Below, one piece after another: positions 35,627 through 45,098 of a stretch of DNA of 64,000 nucleotides. This DNA is from a bacterium (GTDB taxonomy: Bacteria > Babelota > Babeliae > Babelales > UBA12409). The translations under genes were made by a program, and so were the position numbers. Each line of letters opens with the position of its first letter. Position 1 is the stretch's first letter. The stretch lies in NCBI GenBank assembly GCA_018660415.1, contig JABJKG010000001.1, positions 15,530 through 79,529 on the forward strand. The letters run 5' to 3'. The notes under the pieces are model-generated. The model was not told where the DNA came from and did no database searches. It was given only the letters and a program-made list of their open reading frames with translations.

Positions 35627-37084
35627 ATGAAAGCCATCCTTATTGCTCGTGTTAGTACCGAAGAACAAAAAGAAGCTGGCAATTCTCTTCCAGCACAAAT
35701 CGCTCGCCTAGAAGCATATTGCAAAAACAAAGGTTTTCCAATAATGGAAATCTGCAGTTTTGATGAAAGTGCCTACTATAATGACCGCACAGAATTCGAT
35801 CGCATTATTGATTTCATCTTGAGTCAAACTGACAAAATAGCCATCTGCTGCGACAAAGTAGACAGGATAACAAGAAATATTTTTGATACACGAATATCTA
35901 CCCTTTATGAAAAAGCCCTCAAAGGTGAACTGGAATTACACTTCGTATCCGATGGACAAGTCATTAACAGTACAATCTCTGCTGTTGAAAAATTTCAATT
36001 CAGTATCAACTTAGGATTGGCAAAATACTATTCTGATGCCATCAGTGACAACGTTAAGCGCGCACAAGAACAAAAACTTCGTAAAGGCGAGTGGCTAGCT
36101 AAAGCACCGTTTGGGTATAAAAACATTAAAAAGGATGATGGTGCCACAGATGTCATTGTAGAAGAATACCAAGCACAGATTATCAAAAAAACATTTGAGC
36201 TCTATGCAACAGGAACCTTCTCAATGGACCTACTCCTAAAAAAACTAAAAATTGAGCATAATGTTTCGTGGCCAAAAGGAACTCTTGGAAAAATACTGAA
36301 CAACCCTTTTTATTATGGAGTCATGCTTGTAAAAGGTAAAAAATACTCACATCGCTATCCCCCACTAATCTCTCTGGATCTTTTTAACAAGGTACAACAA
36401 GTCAAAGAAGTGTTTAATAAAAAACCTGTTAAATATGCAGGCAAAGCATATGTCTATCGTGGCCTACTTCGCTGTGGGCACTGTGACCTATCCATCACTC
36501 CTGAACAACACAAAGGCTATATCTACTACCATTGCACCCAATACAAAGGTAAACACAATGCTAAGTGGCTCCGAGAGGAGACAATTACCAAACAGCTTGG
36601 ACAAGTATTTAAAAAAATGACAATCCCCACAAAAATCGTGGATGAAATAGTTGAAAACCTAAATACTCTCCAACAGGACAAGGTCGACTTTTATCAACGA
36701 GATTTAGACAAGTTCACCAAAGAGCAAAAATCCCTAACCAAGATGCTAGACAATTTATACCTCGATAAACTCAAAGGGAGTATTACTGAGAGCGACTATG
36801 ACAAATTCTACCAATCACTACACGATCAGCTCATCACTATTAACAGTCGTCTCGAACAGTTAGAAGAATCTGACGATAACTACTTTACTACCGCTAAGTA
36901 TGTACTTTCCCTGGCTAACAAGGCTCAGGAATTATTTGAAAGTTCTGAAGTTGATGAAAGAAGGCAATTAATCAACCTATTACTATCGAACGTAAGAGTC
37001 GAAGACGAATACGTGCTCTACGACGTACAAAAGCCCTTCGATCTGATAGTAAATTGTTCTGATGGTCAACTATGGCGGGGCTGA
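35627..37084 (+). CDS. Large serine recombinase
   Basis: N-terminal resolvase motif MKAILIARVSTEEQ, a recombinase domain, a zinc-ribbon-like CGHCDL...YYHCTQY and a C-terminal coiled coil. The stop lies inside tRNA-Asp. Confidence 0.85.
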   Translation: MKAILIARVSTEEQKEAGNSLPAQIARLEAYCKNKGFPIMEICSFDESAYYNDRTEFDRIIDFILSQTDKIAICCDKVDRITRNIFDTRISTLYEKALKGELELHFVSDGQVINSTISAVEKFQFSINLGLAKYYSDAISDNVKRAQEQKLRKGEWLAKAPFGYKNIKKDDGATDVIVEEYQAQIIKKTFELYATGTFSMDLLLKKLKIEHNVSWPKGTLGKILNNPFYYGVMLVKGKKYSHRYPPLISLDLFNKVQQVKEVFNKKPVKYAGKAYVYRGLLRCGHCDLSITPEQHKGYIYYHCTQYKGKHNAKWLREETITKQLGQVFKKMTIPTKIVDEIVENLNTLQQDKVDFYQRDLDKFTKEQKSLTKMLDNLYLDKLKGSITESDYDKFYQSLHDQLITINSRLEQLEESDDNYFTTAKYVLSLANKAQELFESSEVDERRQLINLLLSNVRVEDEYVLYDVQKPFDLIVNCSDGQLWRG

Positions 37085-37149
37085 CGAGACTCGAACTCGC
37101 GGCCTTTCGCGTGACAGGCGAACGCTCTAACCAACTGAGCTACAGCCCC
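37073..37149 (-). tRNA. tRNA-Asp (anticodon GTC)
   Basis: Hand-folded 77-nt cloverleaf GGGGCTG...CTGTCAC...CAGCCCC-G-CCA. Confidence 0.9.
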
Positions 37150-37161
37150 CAACCAAAATTA

Positions 37162-37237
37162 TGGCTCCCCGGGCAGGACTCGAACCTGCGACCTAACGAT
37201 TAACAGTCGTGTGCTCTACCAACTGAGCTACCGAGGA
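37162..37237 (-). tRNA. tRNA-Asn (anticodon GTT)
   Basis: Hand-folded 76-nt cloverleaf, anticodon loop CTGTTAA, encoded CCA. Confidence 0.9.
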
Positions 37238-37300
37238 ATATATGTCTTTTATTATGACAGATTATTTACACTGCTGCAAAATCACTAATCAAGTATTTCA

Positions 37301-37377
37301 TGGTGGGCGATACAGGACTCGAACCTGTGACCCCCAGTTTGTAAGACTGGTGCTCTAGCCAACTGAGCTAATCGCCC
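37301..37377 (-). tRNA. tRNA-Val (anticodon TAC)
   Basis: Hand-folded 77-nt cloverleaf GGGCGAT...CTTACAA...ATCGCCC-A-CCA. Confidence 0.9.
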
Positions 37378-37455
37378 CCTATATATTCAAAAGGACCTAT
37401 GAAACATAGATATAAGAAAGTTTAAAGGGAATTTATGGGAAAGTCAAAAGACTTT

Positions 37456-37806
37456 TTACTCTTTTCGTCTCACCTTCGCTTCTGACAGCTCTATTTCAGC
37501 CAATGCTTGATGTTCCATGAGATCGAATTGAGCCATTTCTTGCAGCGCTATGGCTTCCGCTAATAGTCCCTGATATTCAACTCTCACTAATGGCTGATCT
37601 ACTAAGGTTATCTGGACCCGATAACCCATCTCACTCCCTAATCTTAAGAGTTCTTCGACCCTCTGATTTGCCAGATCAAATGCCTGTTGTGCTATTTCAA
37701 CGCTCCTCCAGTCATTACCCTCGTCTCTTTCTCTTTTGGTACCTCCCCATAGAGAATGTGAACCTAGAACAAGCAAGCATATCAGTATCCCCTTTAATTT
37801 ATTCAT
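37456..37806 (-). CDS. Hypothetical secreted coiled-coil protein
   Basis: Signal MNKLKGILICLLVLGSHSLWG followed by a helical charged region. Confidence 0.45.
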   Translation of the reverse strand: MNKLKGILICLLVLGSHSLWGGTKRERDEGNDWRSVEIAQQAFDLANQRVEELLRLGSEMGYRVQITLVDQPLVRVEYQGLLAEAIALQEMAQFDLMEHQALAEIELSEAKVRRKE

Positions 37807-37815
37807 ATCAAAAGC

Positions 37816-38220
37816 TCACTTCTGTTTCTTGCTCAAAGCAAGCCCACAATCGACAGACAATTGGTCACACTCTCGTTGAGTATCTAACAATTGCCTTGAA
37901 GCAAAAGCTTCTTGCTCTTGTGCTTTTTCAAACATTTCCAGAGACACTCTCATTCGCTCTCTCCATACCGCCTGTTCGCTAAGGTTGCCCCTATTTCGCA
38001 TTTCATTTTCGTTCTTCAATGCTTCATGAAAGTCACTATGTGCAAGCTGGACTCTCTCTGTCTGAAGCAAAAGTAACCTTTGTGCTTCAGCAAACCTTAA
38101 ATTAATAACATTTTGCACATTATCACTCCCTCTTCTCCTTTTTTTAGGTCCATCCATTCCCAATACCGATAACGATCCTAAAAAAAGCATCAAAGCTAAG
38201 CAAGTTCTTAATCTATTCAT
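37816..38220 (-). CDS. Hypothetical secreted coiled-coil protein, related N-terminus to its neighbour
   Basis: Signal MNRLRTCLALMLFLGSLSVLG, then a KKRRR stretch and a coiled coil. Confidence 0.45.
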   Translation of the reverse strand: MNRLRTCLALMLFLGSLSVLGMDGPKKRRRGSDNVQNVINLRFAEAQRLLLLQTERVQLAHSDFHEALKNENEMRNRGNLSEQAVWRERMRVSLEMFEKAQEQEAFASRQLLDTQRECDQLSVDCGLALSKKQK

Positions 38221-38294
38221 ATTAACCTTTTGTTTATTGTTTTTGTCTGTATAATATTTCTAATAAAGTATCATGGTATTAAGAGGAAAACAAC

Positions 38295-39203
38295 ATGCCA
38301 AAAATCAGCACTATACTATCTACCCTTATTGCCATTATGTTTTTCCTCAGTATGGCACCACCGCTCATTAAAACCCTACAAAAAAATTATGAAGAAGCTC
38401 TTAAACCTAAGACAAAGGTTGGGCGCATCTATATCAAGGGAGGGATAACGGAAAGCCAAACCTACCAAAAGAATCTTGAAGCACTCTTCAAGGATGACTC
38501 TGTTAAAGCAATACTGCTAGAAATGGACTGCCCTGGAGGCACCGTGGGTCACTCACAAGCGCTTTTCTTAGAGATTATTGCACTCAAAAAACTGTATAAT
38601 AAACCTATCGTAACCGTCGTTGAAAATATTTGTGCCTCAGGAGGATACTATATCGCCTGTGCAACAGACTTTATCATTGCGCCGCCTGGTGCTATCATCG
38701 GCAGCATTGGTTGTTATATTGGCCAATTTAAGTACAAAGAACTAATGGAATTTTTCAAAGTACATCATAAAGTCAATCAATCCGGAAAGTTTAAAACCAT
38801 CCTTAATCCATATGGCGATGATGAATCCTATGAAGGGGATGCTCTTATTCAACATATCAGTGATGAAGTCTATGAACAGTTTGTTCGCGATGTTGCTCGC
38901 GCCCGTGGTCTTATAACAAAAAAACGCCATGAGTGGGCTGATGGTAAAATATTTACCGCCAAGGACGCACAACGTATGAGTCTTATCAACAAGACCGGAT
39001 ACCTCAGCGAAGCTGTAGCCAAGATTAAGTCACTCGCCAACATCGAAACCGAAATCGAATGGGTCAGACCTAAAAAGCCAAGCGTGTTTAAAAAACTCAT
39101 TGGCATTGAAGATTTTGAAACTCAATCATACATCCATAGCTTTTTAGAAATTGTTTGGACCTTCTTCCACGCCAAAGCGCAGGGAATAGAAAACAACGTA
39201 TAG
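38295..39203 (+). CDS. sppA: Signal peptide peptidase SppA (36K type, S49)
   Basis: ENICASGGYYIACATDFIIAPPGAIIGSIG, with an N-terminal TM segment. Confidence 0.8.
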   Translation: MPKISTILSTLIAIMFFLSMAPPLIKTLQKNYEEALKPKTKVGRIYIKGGITESQTYQKNLEALFKDDSVKAILLEMDCPGGTVGHSQALFLEIIALKKLYNKPIVTVVENICASGGYYIACATDFIIAPPGAIIGSIGCYIGQFKYKELMEFFKVHHKVNQSGKFKTILNPYGDDESYEGDALIQHISDEVYEQFVRDVARARGLITKKRHEWADGKIFTAKDAQRMSLINKTGYLSEAVAKIKSLANIETEIEWVRPKKPSVFKKLIGIEDFETQSYIHSFLEIVWTFFHAKAQGIENNV

Positions 39204-40007
39204 CTATTTTTGCATTAAGATACAGTAATCAATGCCAGATAGGTCAACCAATGGCTTAACTATTATTTCATAGCTCACGCCTTTGGGAATAACTTTCTCA
39301 ACCGTACCAAGCCCAAGACCTTGTGGATAGATCACCCCTTGCCCACTAGAAATGATACGATCACCCTCTTTGATTTTTTGTAAGTGATTTACAAAATCGA
39401 ATCGTGCTCGATCGCTACTGGTTCCATTATAGATTCCAGTTGTCCGTGTTTTAAAACAGTAACCCGCAACCGTACAACCCTTGTCAGTTATTAATGCAAC
39501 CTTACTGTAATACGGTAATACCTCTACCACGCGACCGACCAAGCAGTTTTTGTGCACCACGACCATATCAGGACGCACACCCTCACGTTCACCAGCTCCA
39601 ATCAAAAAACTATGCTCCGATGGCGAAAAGTTTTTAACCACAACCTGAACGATTTTGCCATCTTTTGGGTAACATCTATCGCGAAACTCTCGCAACTCTT
39701 TAATGCTTTTGTTTAAGTATGAAGCGCCTTGAAGTTCAATGTTCTCGGCCTGCAAATTTTGGCACTGGAGCAATAAACTTTCTTTCTCTTGTATCAATTG
39801 CTGTAAATTTTGCTTGCTTTCTCTCCAGAAGCGATATCGTTGCTCTACGGGCGCAATAAATTTATGATGCAGGAGTAAAAATGGCTGAATACATTGGGAA
39901 CCCATGCGATCCAGGTATCCAGTTTGCAATCGAAAACTACGAAAGACAAAGAAGGTCCCTAAGCATATAAAGAAAAAAATAAGAAATAACTTGATTCCTA
40001 CTCTCAC
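39204..40007 (-). CDS. mreC: Rod shape-determining protein MreC
   Basis: N-terminal TM segment, coiled coil (LQQLIQEKESLLLQCQNLQAENIELQ) and GDRIISSGQGVIYPQGLGLGTV. GTG start. Confidence 0.75.
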   Translation of the reverse strand: MRVGIKLFLIFFFICLGTFFVFRSFRLQTGYLDRMGSQCIQPFLLLHHKFIAPVEQRYRFWRESKQNLQQLIQEKESLLLQCQNLQAENIELQGASYLNKSIKELREFRDRCYPKDGKIVQVVVKNFSPSEHSFLIGAGEREGVRPDMVVVHKNCLVGRVVEVLPYYSKVALITDKGCTVAGYCFKTRTTGIYNGTSSDRARFDFVNHLQKIKEGDRIISSGQGVIYPQGLGLGTVEKVIPKGVSYEIIVKPLVDLSGIDYCILMQK

Positions 40008-40016
40008 ATATTTCTC

Positions 40017-40973
40017 TTAGATTAACTGGTTTAAACTTTCAGTTAGCTGGCCATATGATTCTACTACCATGAGTTCTTTTCGAATACCGGCCGCTTCTTC
40101 AAAATCATGAATATAAAACGGAATATGTTTTCTAAAGTTAAACAAGCCATGATCACCATAATGCTTAGTCAATAAGTCCAAGTGCTTCAACGCACACCTG
40201 ATAATTTCTTGTTGTGATATTTTAAACTCTTGTCCCAAAGCTTCAGTTTGTAACTGTTTTAACTTCCATGGCTGTCCCTGCATACCACGACCAATCATAA
40301 AACCATCCACACCAGTTCTATCATAAACCATGCGTGCATCGTCAATAGTTCTTACATCACCAGAAAAAATTAGCGGTATTGAAATCTCTTTTTTGATCTG
40401 CGCCACCAAGTCATAATCCAACAACCCAGAAAACTTTGCCGATTGTAAGCGTGGATGAATAGCTAACGCATCAACACCATTGTCACTCAACATCCGAGCA
40501 ACCTCAAGCGCGTTCTTCTTTTTAAAACCAGCACGCATCTTAACTGTAAAGGGAATCGGTAACAACTTACGAAACAACTTAACTATCTTTTCTAACGTTT
40601 CCATATTCGCCATCAACTCCGAGCCCGCACCAGACGCAACTACTGCTCGCGCCGGACATCCAACATTAAGATCAACCGAAGTAATGCCATGAGCCAATAA
40701 ACGCTCTACCGCTTCTTCAATAAAATCAGTAGAATTTGCTGAAGTCTGAAAACTGAACGGTTTCTCGAAGTTTTCAAACCTTAATGCCTTTTTTGCACCA
40801 TTATCATGGGAAACTGATGCTACATGACGCATCTCAGAATACAATAGCGCTGATGGTGAGTAGTGACGCGTCAACTGCCTGAATGGAGAATCAGTATATC
40901 CATCCAAAGGGCCACTTATAAAACGAGGGACTTTGATATTGCCTATTGAAAAGTCAGTTTGCCAGTAATTCAT
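40017..40973 (-). CDS. dus: tRNA-dihydrouridine synthase
   Basis: PLDGYTDSPFR, NVGCPARAVVASGAGSELM, MIGRG. The likely start is the ATG at 40973 (MNYWQ). Confidence 0.8.
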   Translation of the reverse strand: MNYWQTDFSIGNIKVPRFISGPLDGYTDSPFRQLTRHYSPSALLYSEMRHVASVSHDNGAKKALRFENFEKPFSFQTSANSTDFIEEAVERLLAHGITSVDLNVGCPARAVVASGAGSELMANMETLEKIVKLFRKLLPIPFTVKMRAGFKKKNALEVARMLSDNGVDALAIHPRLQSAKFSGLLDYDLVAQIKKEISIPLIFSGDVRTIDDARMVYDRTGVDGFMIGRGMQGQPWKLKQLQTEALGQEFKISQQEIIRCALKHLDLLTKHYGDHGLFNFRKHIPFYIHDFEEAAGIRKELMVVESYGQLTESLNQLI

Positions 40974-41032
40974 GGGTTTTTTTCCTAAAAATAATCTGTG
41001 TATATACGTATAGTATAGCAAATCTGCATATT

Positions 41033-41893
41033 TTAGAAATTATAGGAAGCCTGTAGACATGGACTTTTTCTCTTTTGATCGATTCCGACCCCGAACTCAA
41101 CATTTTTAGCCCATGAAAACCGGCCAGCCATCTTGGCATTAATGATCTTACTCGAGGATATCGCAAAGATAGTTCCCACTGTTGCACCAGCGACCACTTG
41201 AGATAAATAATGCTTATTACATTGAATCGTCAATCCCGCAATAACAGCACAGGTCGCACCTACCGGTATTGCCCATTTAGGACCCAATTGCAAACCACAC
41301 AATACCCCAATATAAACACATCCAAGCGTATGTCCCGAAGGAAAACCATTATGAACCCGCTTATGTGGACAAAAATCTTCGTTTAAAGGACGCATAGATG
41401 CACGTAACGGCTGTGTGGCAATCAAATGCTTAATGACCTGATTCATTAACTGGGTCACCACCACCCCCGAAAACGCAATCCCACCAGTCAAACGAACCCG
41501 TGGATCAGAAGAAAATTGCATCAATCCAGAAAAAAGGATGATCGGAACTACCATGCTCCCATCAGTCACCCATTCAAGATACTTGTGCGGATAGTCCTTG
41601 TTCTTATGGCACTCATGATCATAAAAGCCACGATGAACCTCTTCATCCAATATCCGTGCTGATAAATAAATAGGTGTAAAGGCCGTTAAGACCATCATAC
41701 TATCTAAAGAAAATGCTTCTTTGACAATGAGATACATATTGTAGGTAAAGTTGCGTACCCCTTCGCGCGGAGAATCGCCAAAGGGGTCGACATAGTAATC
41801 ACAATTTGGTGTTTTAAAAGCAGGAGTAATCTGAAACAATGTTAACAAAGCTAATAAAAGTATAACGGTACACTTCTTGCCTGTTTTGGCCAT
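41033..41893 (-). CDS. PAP2-family phosphatase, membrane
   Basis: PAP2 motifs FPSGHTLG and KHYLSQVVAGA. Confidence 0.7.
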   Translation of the reverse strand: MAKTGKKCTVILLLALLTLFQITPAFKTPNCDYYVDPFGDSPREGVRNFTYNMYLIVKEAFSLDSMMVLTAFTPIYLSARILDEEVHRGFYDHECHKNKDYPHKYLEWVTDGSMVVPIILFSGLMQFSSDPRVRLTGGIAFSGVVVTQLMNQVIKHLIATQPLRASMRPLNEDFCPHKRVHNGFPSGHTLGCVYIGVLCGLQLGPKWAIPVGATCAVIAGLTIQCNKHYLSQVVAGATVGTIFAISSSKIINAKMAGRFSWAKNVEFGVGIDQKRKSPCLQASYNF

Positions 41894-41931
41894 CTTCTCG
41901 CTTCCATCTACTACAATTACTCTCTTTTTAA

Positions 41932-43392
41932 TTACTCCGATTCAACAAACTGTTCCGGATGCTTTTTATGCCAATCGGTTACCTGCTGATATGCGTGTGC
42001 CGTTTGTAGCATCAAACCTTCAGACAAGTGTGGTCCCACCAATTGAAACCCAATTGGCAATTTGTCAGCCGTAAACCCTCCAGGAACAGACATCCCCGGG
42101 TTGCCAGACAAGTTAACAAAGCAGGTAAAGTAATCCTGTAAATCCATTTGTAATTTGTTTTGCTTATCATAAGCACCAATCTTAAATGCTCCTGCAGGTT
42201 GTGTTGGCGCAAGCAATAAATCAACCTGCGTAAACGCCTGATCCAAGTCCTTACGAATCATACGCTGAACCATTTGTGCATTCTGATAAAAATCAGCAGA
42301 ATGCCCTGCCGACAACACGAAGTTTCCAACCAGGATACGATCGCGAACTTCAAGCCCAAACCCATCATGACGAGTTTGATTATACATTTTTTCCAAACCA
42401 TCAGTCTTACGCTTACGTAATCCATATCGAACACCATCAAAGCGTGCCAAGTTCGATGCAGCCTCGGCCCTACTAATAATAAAGTACGCTGAAGCAGCAT
42501 AATCCAAGATCGGTAAACTAATCTTTTTAACCGTTACACCAAGCTTCTCAAAATCTTTAACAGCCTGATTAATCACACCGTGAACCTCTGAATCAACACC
42601 CTCAGCATTGATCATCGACTCAATAAGACCAATCGTCATGCCCGATTTAATCGAACCATCCAACGTTTGAGTATAATCCTTCTTTTGCACCGATAGTGTT
42701 GATGAATCGCGTACATCCTGACCAGCTAATGCTGACAATACGATCGCCGTATCATGCGCAGATCGAGCAAAGATGCCAACCTGATCCAAGGATGAGGCGT
42801 AAGCAATCACACCATGACGAGAAACCAGACCATAGGTTGGTTTCAATCCCATAATCCCACAAAAACCTGCTGGTTGTCGAACAGAACCACCGGTATCAGT
42901 TCCCAATGCCCACGGTACTAACCCCGCAGCAACCGCTACAGCCGATCCTCCAGAAGAACCTCCAGGAACATACTCCAAGTTCCATGGATTTTTACTCGTA
43001 CCAAACGCTGACGTCTCAGTAGAACTTCCCATAGCAAACTCATCCAAGTTTGCACGACCAGCCAATAAAGCACCCTGCCGTTTTAATCGAGATGTAACCG
43101 TAGAATCATACGTTGCTGTATATCCGTCTAAAATTTTTGAAGCCGCTGTTAACTTGCGATTCTCTTGAGAAATATTATCCTTGATCAACCCAGGAATTCC
43201 CGACAAGGTCCCTTGCTGACGCGACTGCTTATCAATCGAGTCCTTATCAAAAACCTCAATTGCTGCATTAAGTTCTGGGTTGTGTTTTTCTAATCTATTA
43301 AGAAAGAAACTCAACAACTCGGATTCTGTAATTTCTTTATTTTCTAATTTTTGCTTGAGCTCTACAATAGTAGCAAATGCTAAGTTCTTCAT
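41932..43392 (-). CDS. gatA: Glutamyl/aspartyl-tRNA amidotransferase subunit A
   Basis: Amidase signature GGSSGGSAVAVAAG; 486 aa; lies directly downstream of gatC. Confidence 0.9.
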   Translation of the reverse strand: MKNLAFATIVELKQKLENKEITESELLSFFLNRLEKHNPELNAAIEVFDKDSIDKQSRQQGTLSGIPGLIKDNISQENRKLTAASKILDGYTATYDSTVTSRLKRQGALLAGRANLDEFAMGSSTETSAFGTSKNPWNLEYVPGGSSGGSAVAVAAGLVPWALGTDTGGSVRQPAGFCGIMGLKPTYGLVSRHGVIAYASSLDQVGIFARSAHDTAIVLSALAGQDVRDSSTLSVQKKDYTQTLDGSIKSGMTIGLIESMINAEGVDSEVHGVINQAVKDFEKLGVTVKKISLPILDYAASAYFIISRAEAASNLARFDGVRYGLRKRKTDGLEKMYNQTRHDGFGLEVRDRILVGNFVLSAGHSADFYQNAQMVQRMIRKDLDQAFTQVDLLLAPTQPAGAFKIGAYDKQNKLQMDLQDYFTCFVNLSGNPGMSVPGGFTADKLPIGFQLVGPHLSEGLMLQTAHAYQQVTDWHKKHPEQFVESE

Positions 43393-43405
43393 ATGATACC
43401 TCTTC

Positions 43406-43687
43406 CTAGTTGTTCTTCAAGATTGAAGGCACTTCAAAGAAGTTTCCTTCACGCTCTGGTGCCTGTGATAAGATTGGCTCTACATCTGTTTTAGAAACCA
43501 CATCTTCACGAACAATATTTAAATTTTTATTTGATGGCTCATAAATATTAGCTGCAACCTCAGAAACTCGAGCTGCATAGTCCAATACTGACTGTAGGTG
43601 ACTCAACACCTCTTCGATTTCATCAGGTTGGATCTCTATTTTAGATATGGAAGCAATCTTTAACACTTCTTCACGAGTGATACGCAT
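43406..43687 (-). CDS. gatC: Glutamyl/aspartyl-tRNA amidotransferase subunit C
   Basis: 93 aa, MRITREEVLKIASISKIEI...VREDV, in the position upstream of gatA. Confidence 0.8.
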   Translation of the reverse strand: MRITREEVLKIASISKIEIQPDEIEEVLSHLQSVLDYAARVSEVAANIYEPSNKNLNIVREDVVSKTDVEPILSQAPEREGNFFEVPSILKNN

Positions 43688-43698
43688 ACACAGGTTCC

Positions 43699-45084
43699 TT
43701 AATAATCTCGGCGAAATTTTCTTATATATAAAACACTCATCAGGGCACTACACATATAAAACATACCATAAATAATGATAAATTTGAAAAGTAAGTTTTG
43801 CATAGGCATTATAGAAACCGCGTATGAAAGGGGTGCAAACAAGCCAATACAAACAATGAACCTCACCCACATGACAAATCTTACATTGCCAACACCACGC
43901 ATAGCACCTGCTAGTATGAGCTGCAAGACATCAAAAAAGACTAAAACACTAATAATAGGTAACGCTCGAGAGGCAAATGCTGTAAAATCACCCTTCAAGT
44001 CAAACATCCTAATGAAAAAACTTGGATTAAGAGAAAAGATGACCAATAAGCCAAATACCATGATCGAGGCTAAGAATATAATTTTTTTAATGTTCGACTT
44101 AACCGATAAAGTATCCCCACTCCCAAAGTTGTTACTGGCAAGCAATGTAATAATCGATGCAAAGGCAATAGCGGGCAAGAACGCAAACCGCTCAATATCC
44201 TTAATCACACTAAAACTAGCAATCGCCGTAGTCCCCATAGGAGTTATCATCTTTAAAAGCCAAATATAGGCACCAGCCATAGTCGCCTTATCCAAGATTA
44301 AAGGCCAACTCAAGTTGGCAAGCCTTTTAATCGTTTTGATATCTGCAATCGATCTAAACAAGGAAATACTATATTTCCGATATGCTGGATCAAACAAAAC
44401 AATGAAAAAAAGTAAGAAAAACATAAAGCTGTATTGAATGACACCAGCTAACGCCGATCCTTGAAGCTGCATCTCTGGAAATCCAAACTTCCCAAAAATT
44501 AATGCATAATCAAAAAAGATGAAAACCACAGCACCTAAAGAAAAGACCCACATAGGCGTTTGAGTGTTTTTTATACCACGTAAGAATGCTGTAAATGCAA
44601 AATAAAGGAACGTGAAAAAAATACTAATTGCTCGCATCTTTAAGAATGGAACTCCCAGCTTAATCATAGGTTCAGGAACATTTAAAATGTAATAATAAAT
44701 ACCATGAGCACCAAAAAACAAAACTCCCGAAATCACCGAACCTAGCACCACGATCAACCAAAACGAATCTGTCAGAATATGCCCGGCTTTTTTAAACTCC
44801 TGAGCACCATTGTATTGCCCTGCCGTAATAGTAATCACTAAGGACATACCTTCAGCAATCTTGACCAAAAAATGTAAAAAGTTATTACTACTGCCATGCG
44901 TTGCATATACCGATGTAGAACTCAATAACGCAATAAAGCGTGCGTCTAAAAGATTGATCAATGAAAACAGGATTAAAACGCTAATAAATTCTGGTGCAAA
45001 AAGCCTCAAAATTTCAGGATAAGTCGCTCCAACGTTAACATCACAGATGCCTGAAATATAACTTGCTATGATTCCTTTTTTCAT
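43699..45084 (-). CDS. MATE-family efflux transporter
   Basis: About 12 TM segments. N-terminal block LINLLDARFIA...GMSLVITITAGQYNGAQEFKKAG. The ATG at 45084 follows AAGGAA. Confidence 0.6.
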   Translation of the reverse strand: MKKGIIASYISGICDVNVGATYPEILRLFAPEFISVLILFSLINLLDARFIALLSSTSVYATHGSSNNFLHFLVKIAEGMSLVITITAGQYNGAQEFKKAGHILTDSFWLIVVLGSVISGVLFFGAHGIYYYILNVPEPMIKLGVPFLKMRAISIFFTFLYFAFTAFLRGIKNTQTPMWVFSLGAVVFIFFDYALIFGKFGFPEMQLQGSALAGVIQYSFMFFLLFFIVLFDPAYRKYSISLFRSIADIKTIKRLANLSWPLILDKATMAGAYIWLLKMITPMGTTAIASFSVIKDIERFAFLPAIAFASIITLLASNNFGSGDTLSVKSNIKKIIFLASIMVFGLLVIFSLNPSFFIRMFDLKGDFTAFASRALPIISVLVFFDVLQLILAGAMRGVGNVRFVMWVRFIVCIGLFAPLSYAVSIMPMQNLLFKFIIIYGMFYMCSALMSVLYIRKFRRDY

Positions 45085-45098
45085 AAGCCGCAAATTCC

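Larger units (their letters stand above)
31700..37084 (+). mobile_element. Putative integrated element: palindrome-rich region, gpII-like Rep, accessory genes, large serine recombinase abutting tRNA-Asp
   Basis: Rep plus recombinase gene content, a 640-nt non-coding region with several palindromes, and a recombinase 3' end that overlaps a tRNA 3' end. The left boundary is not established. Confidence 0.4.

Noticed and set aside
31700-37084. A complete inovirus (filamentous) prophage
   Set aside because: Only the gpII-like Rep is phage-like. There is no Zot/gpI-type assembly ATPase, secretin, ssDNA-binding protein or set of short hydrophobic coat-protein genes.
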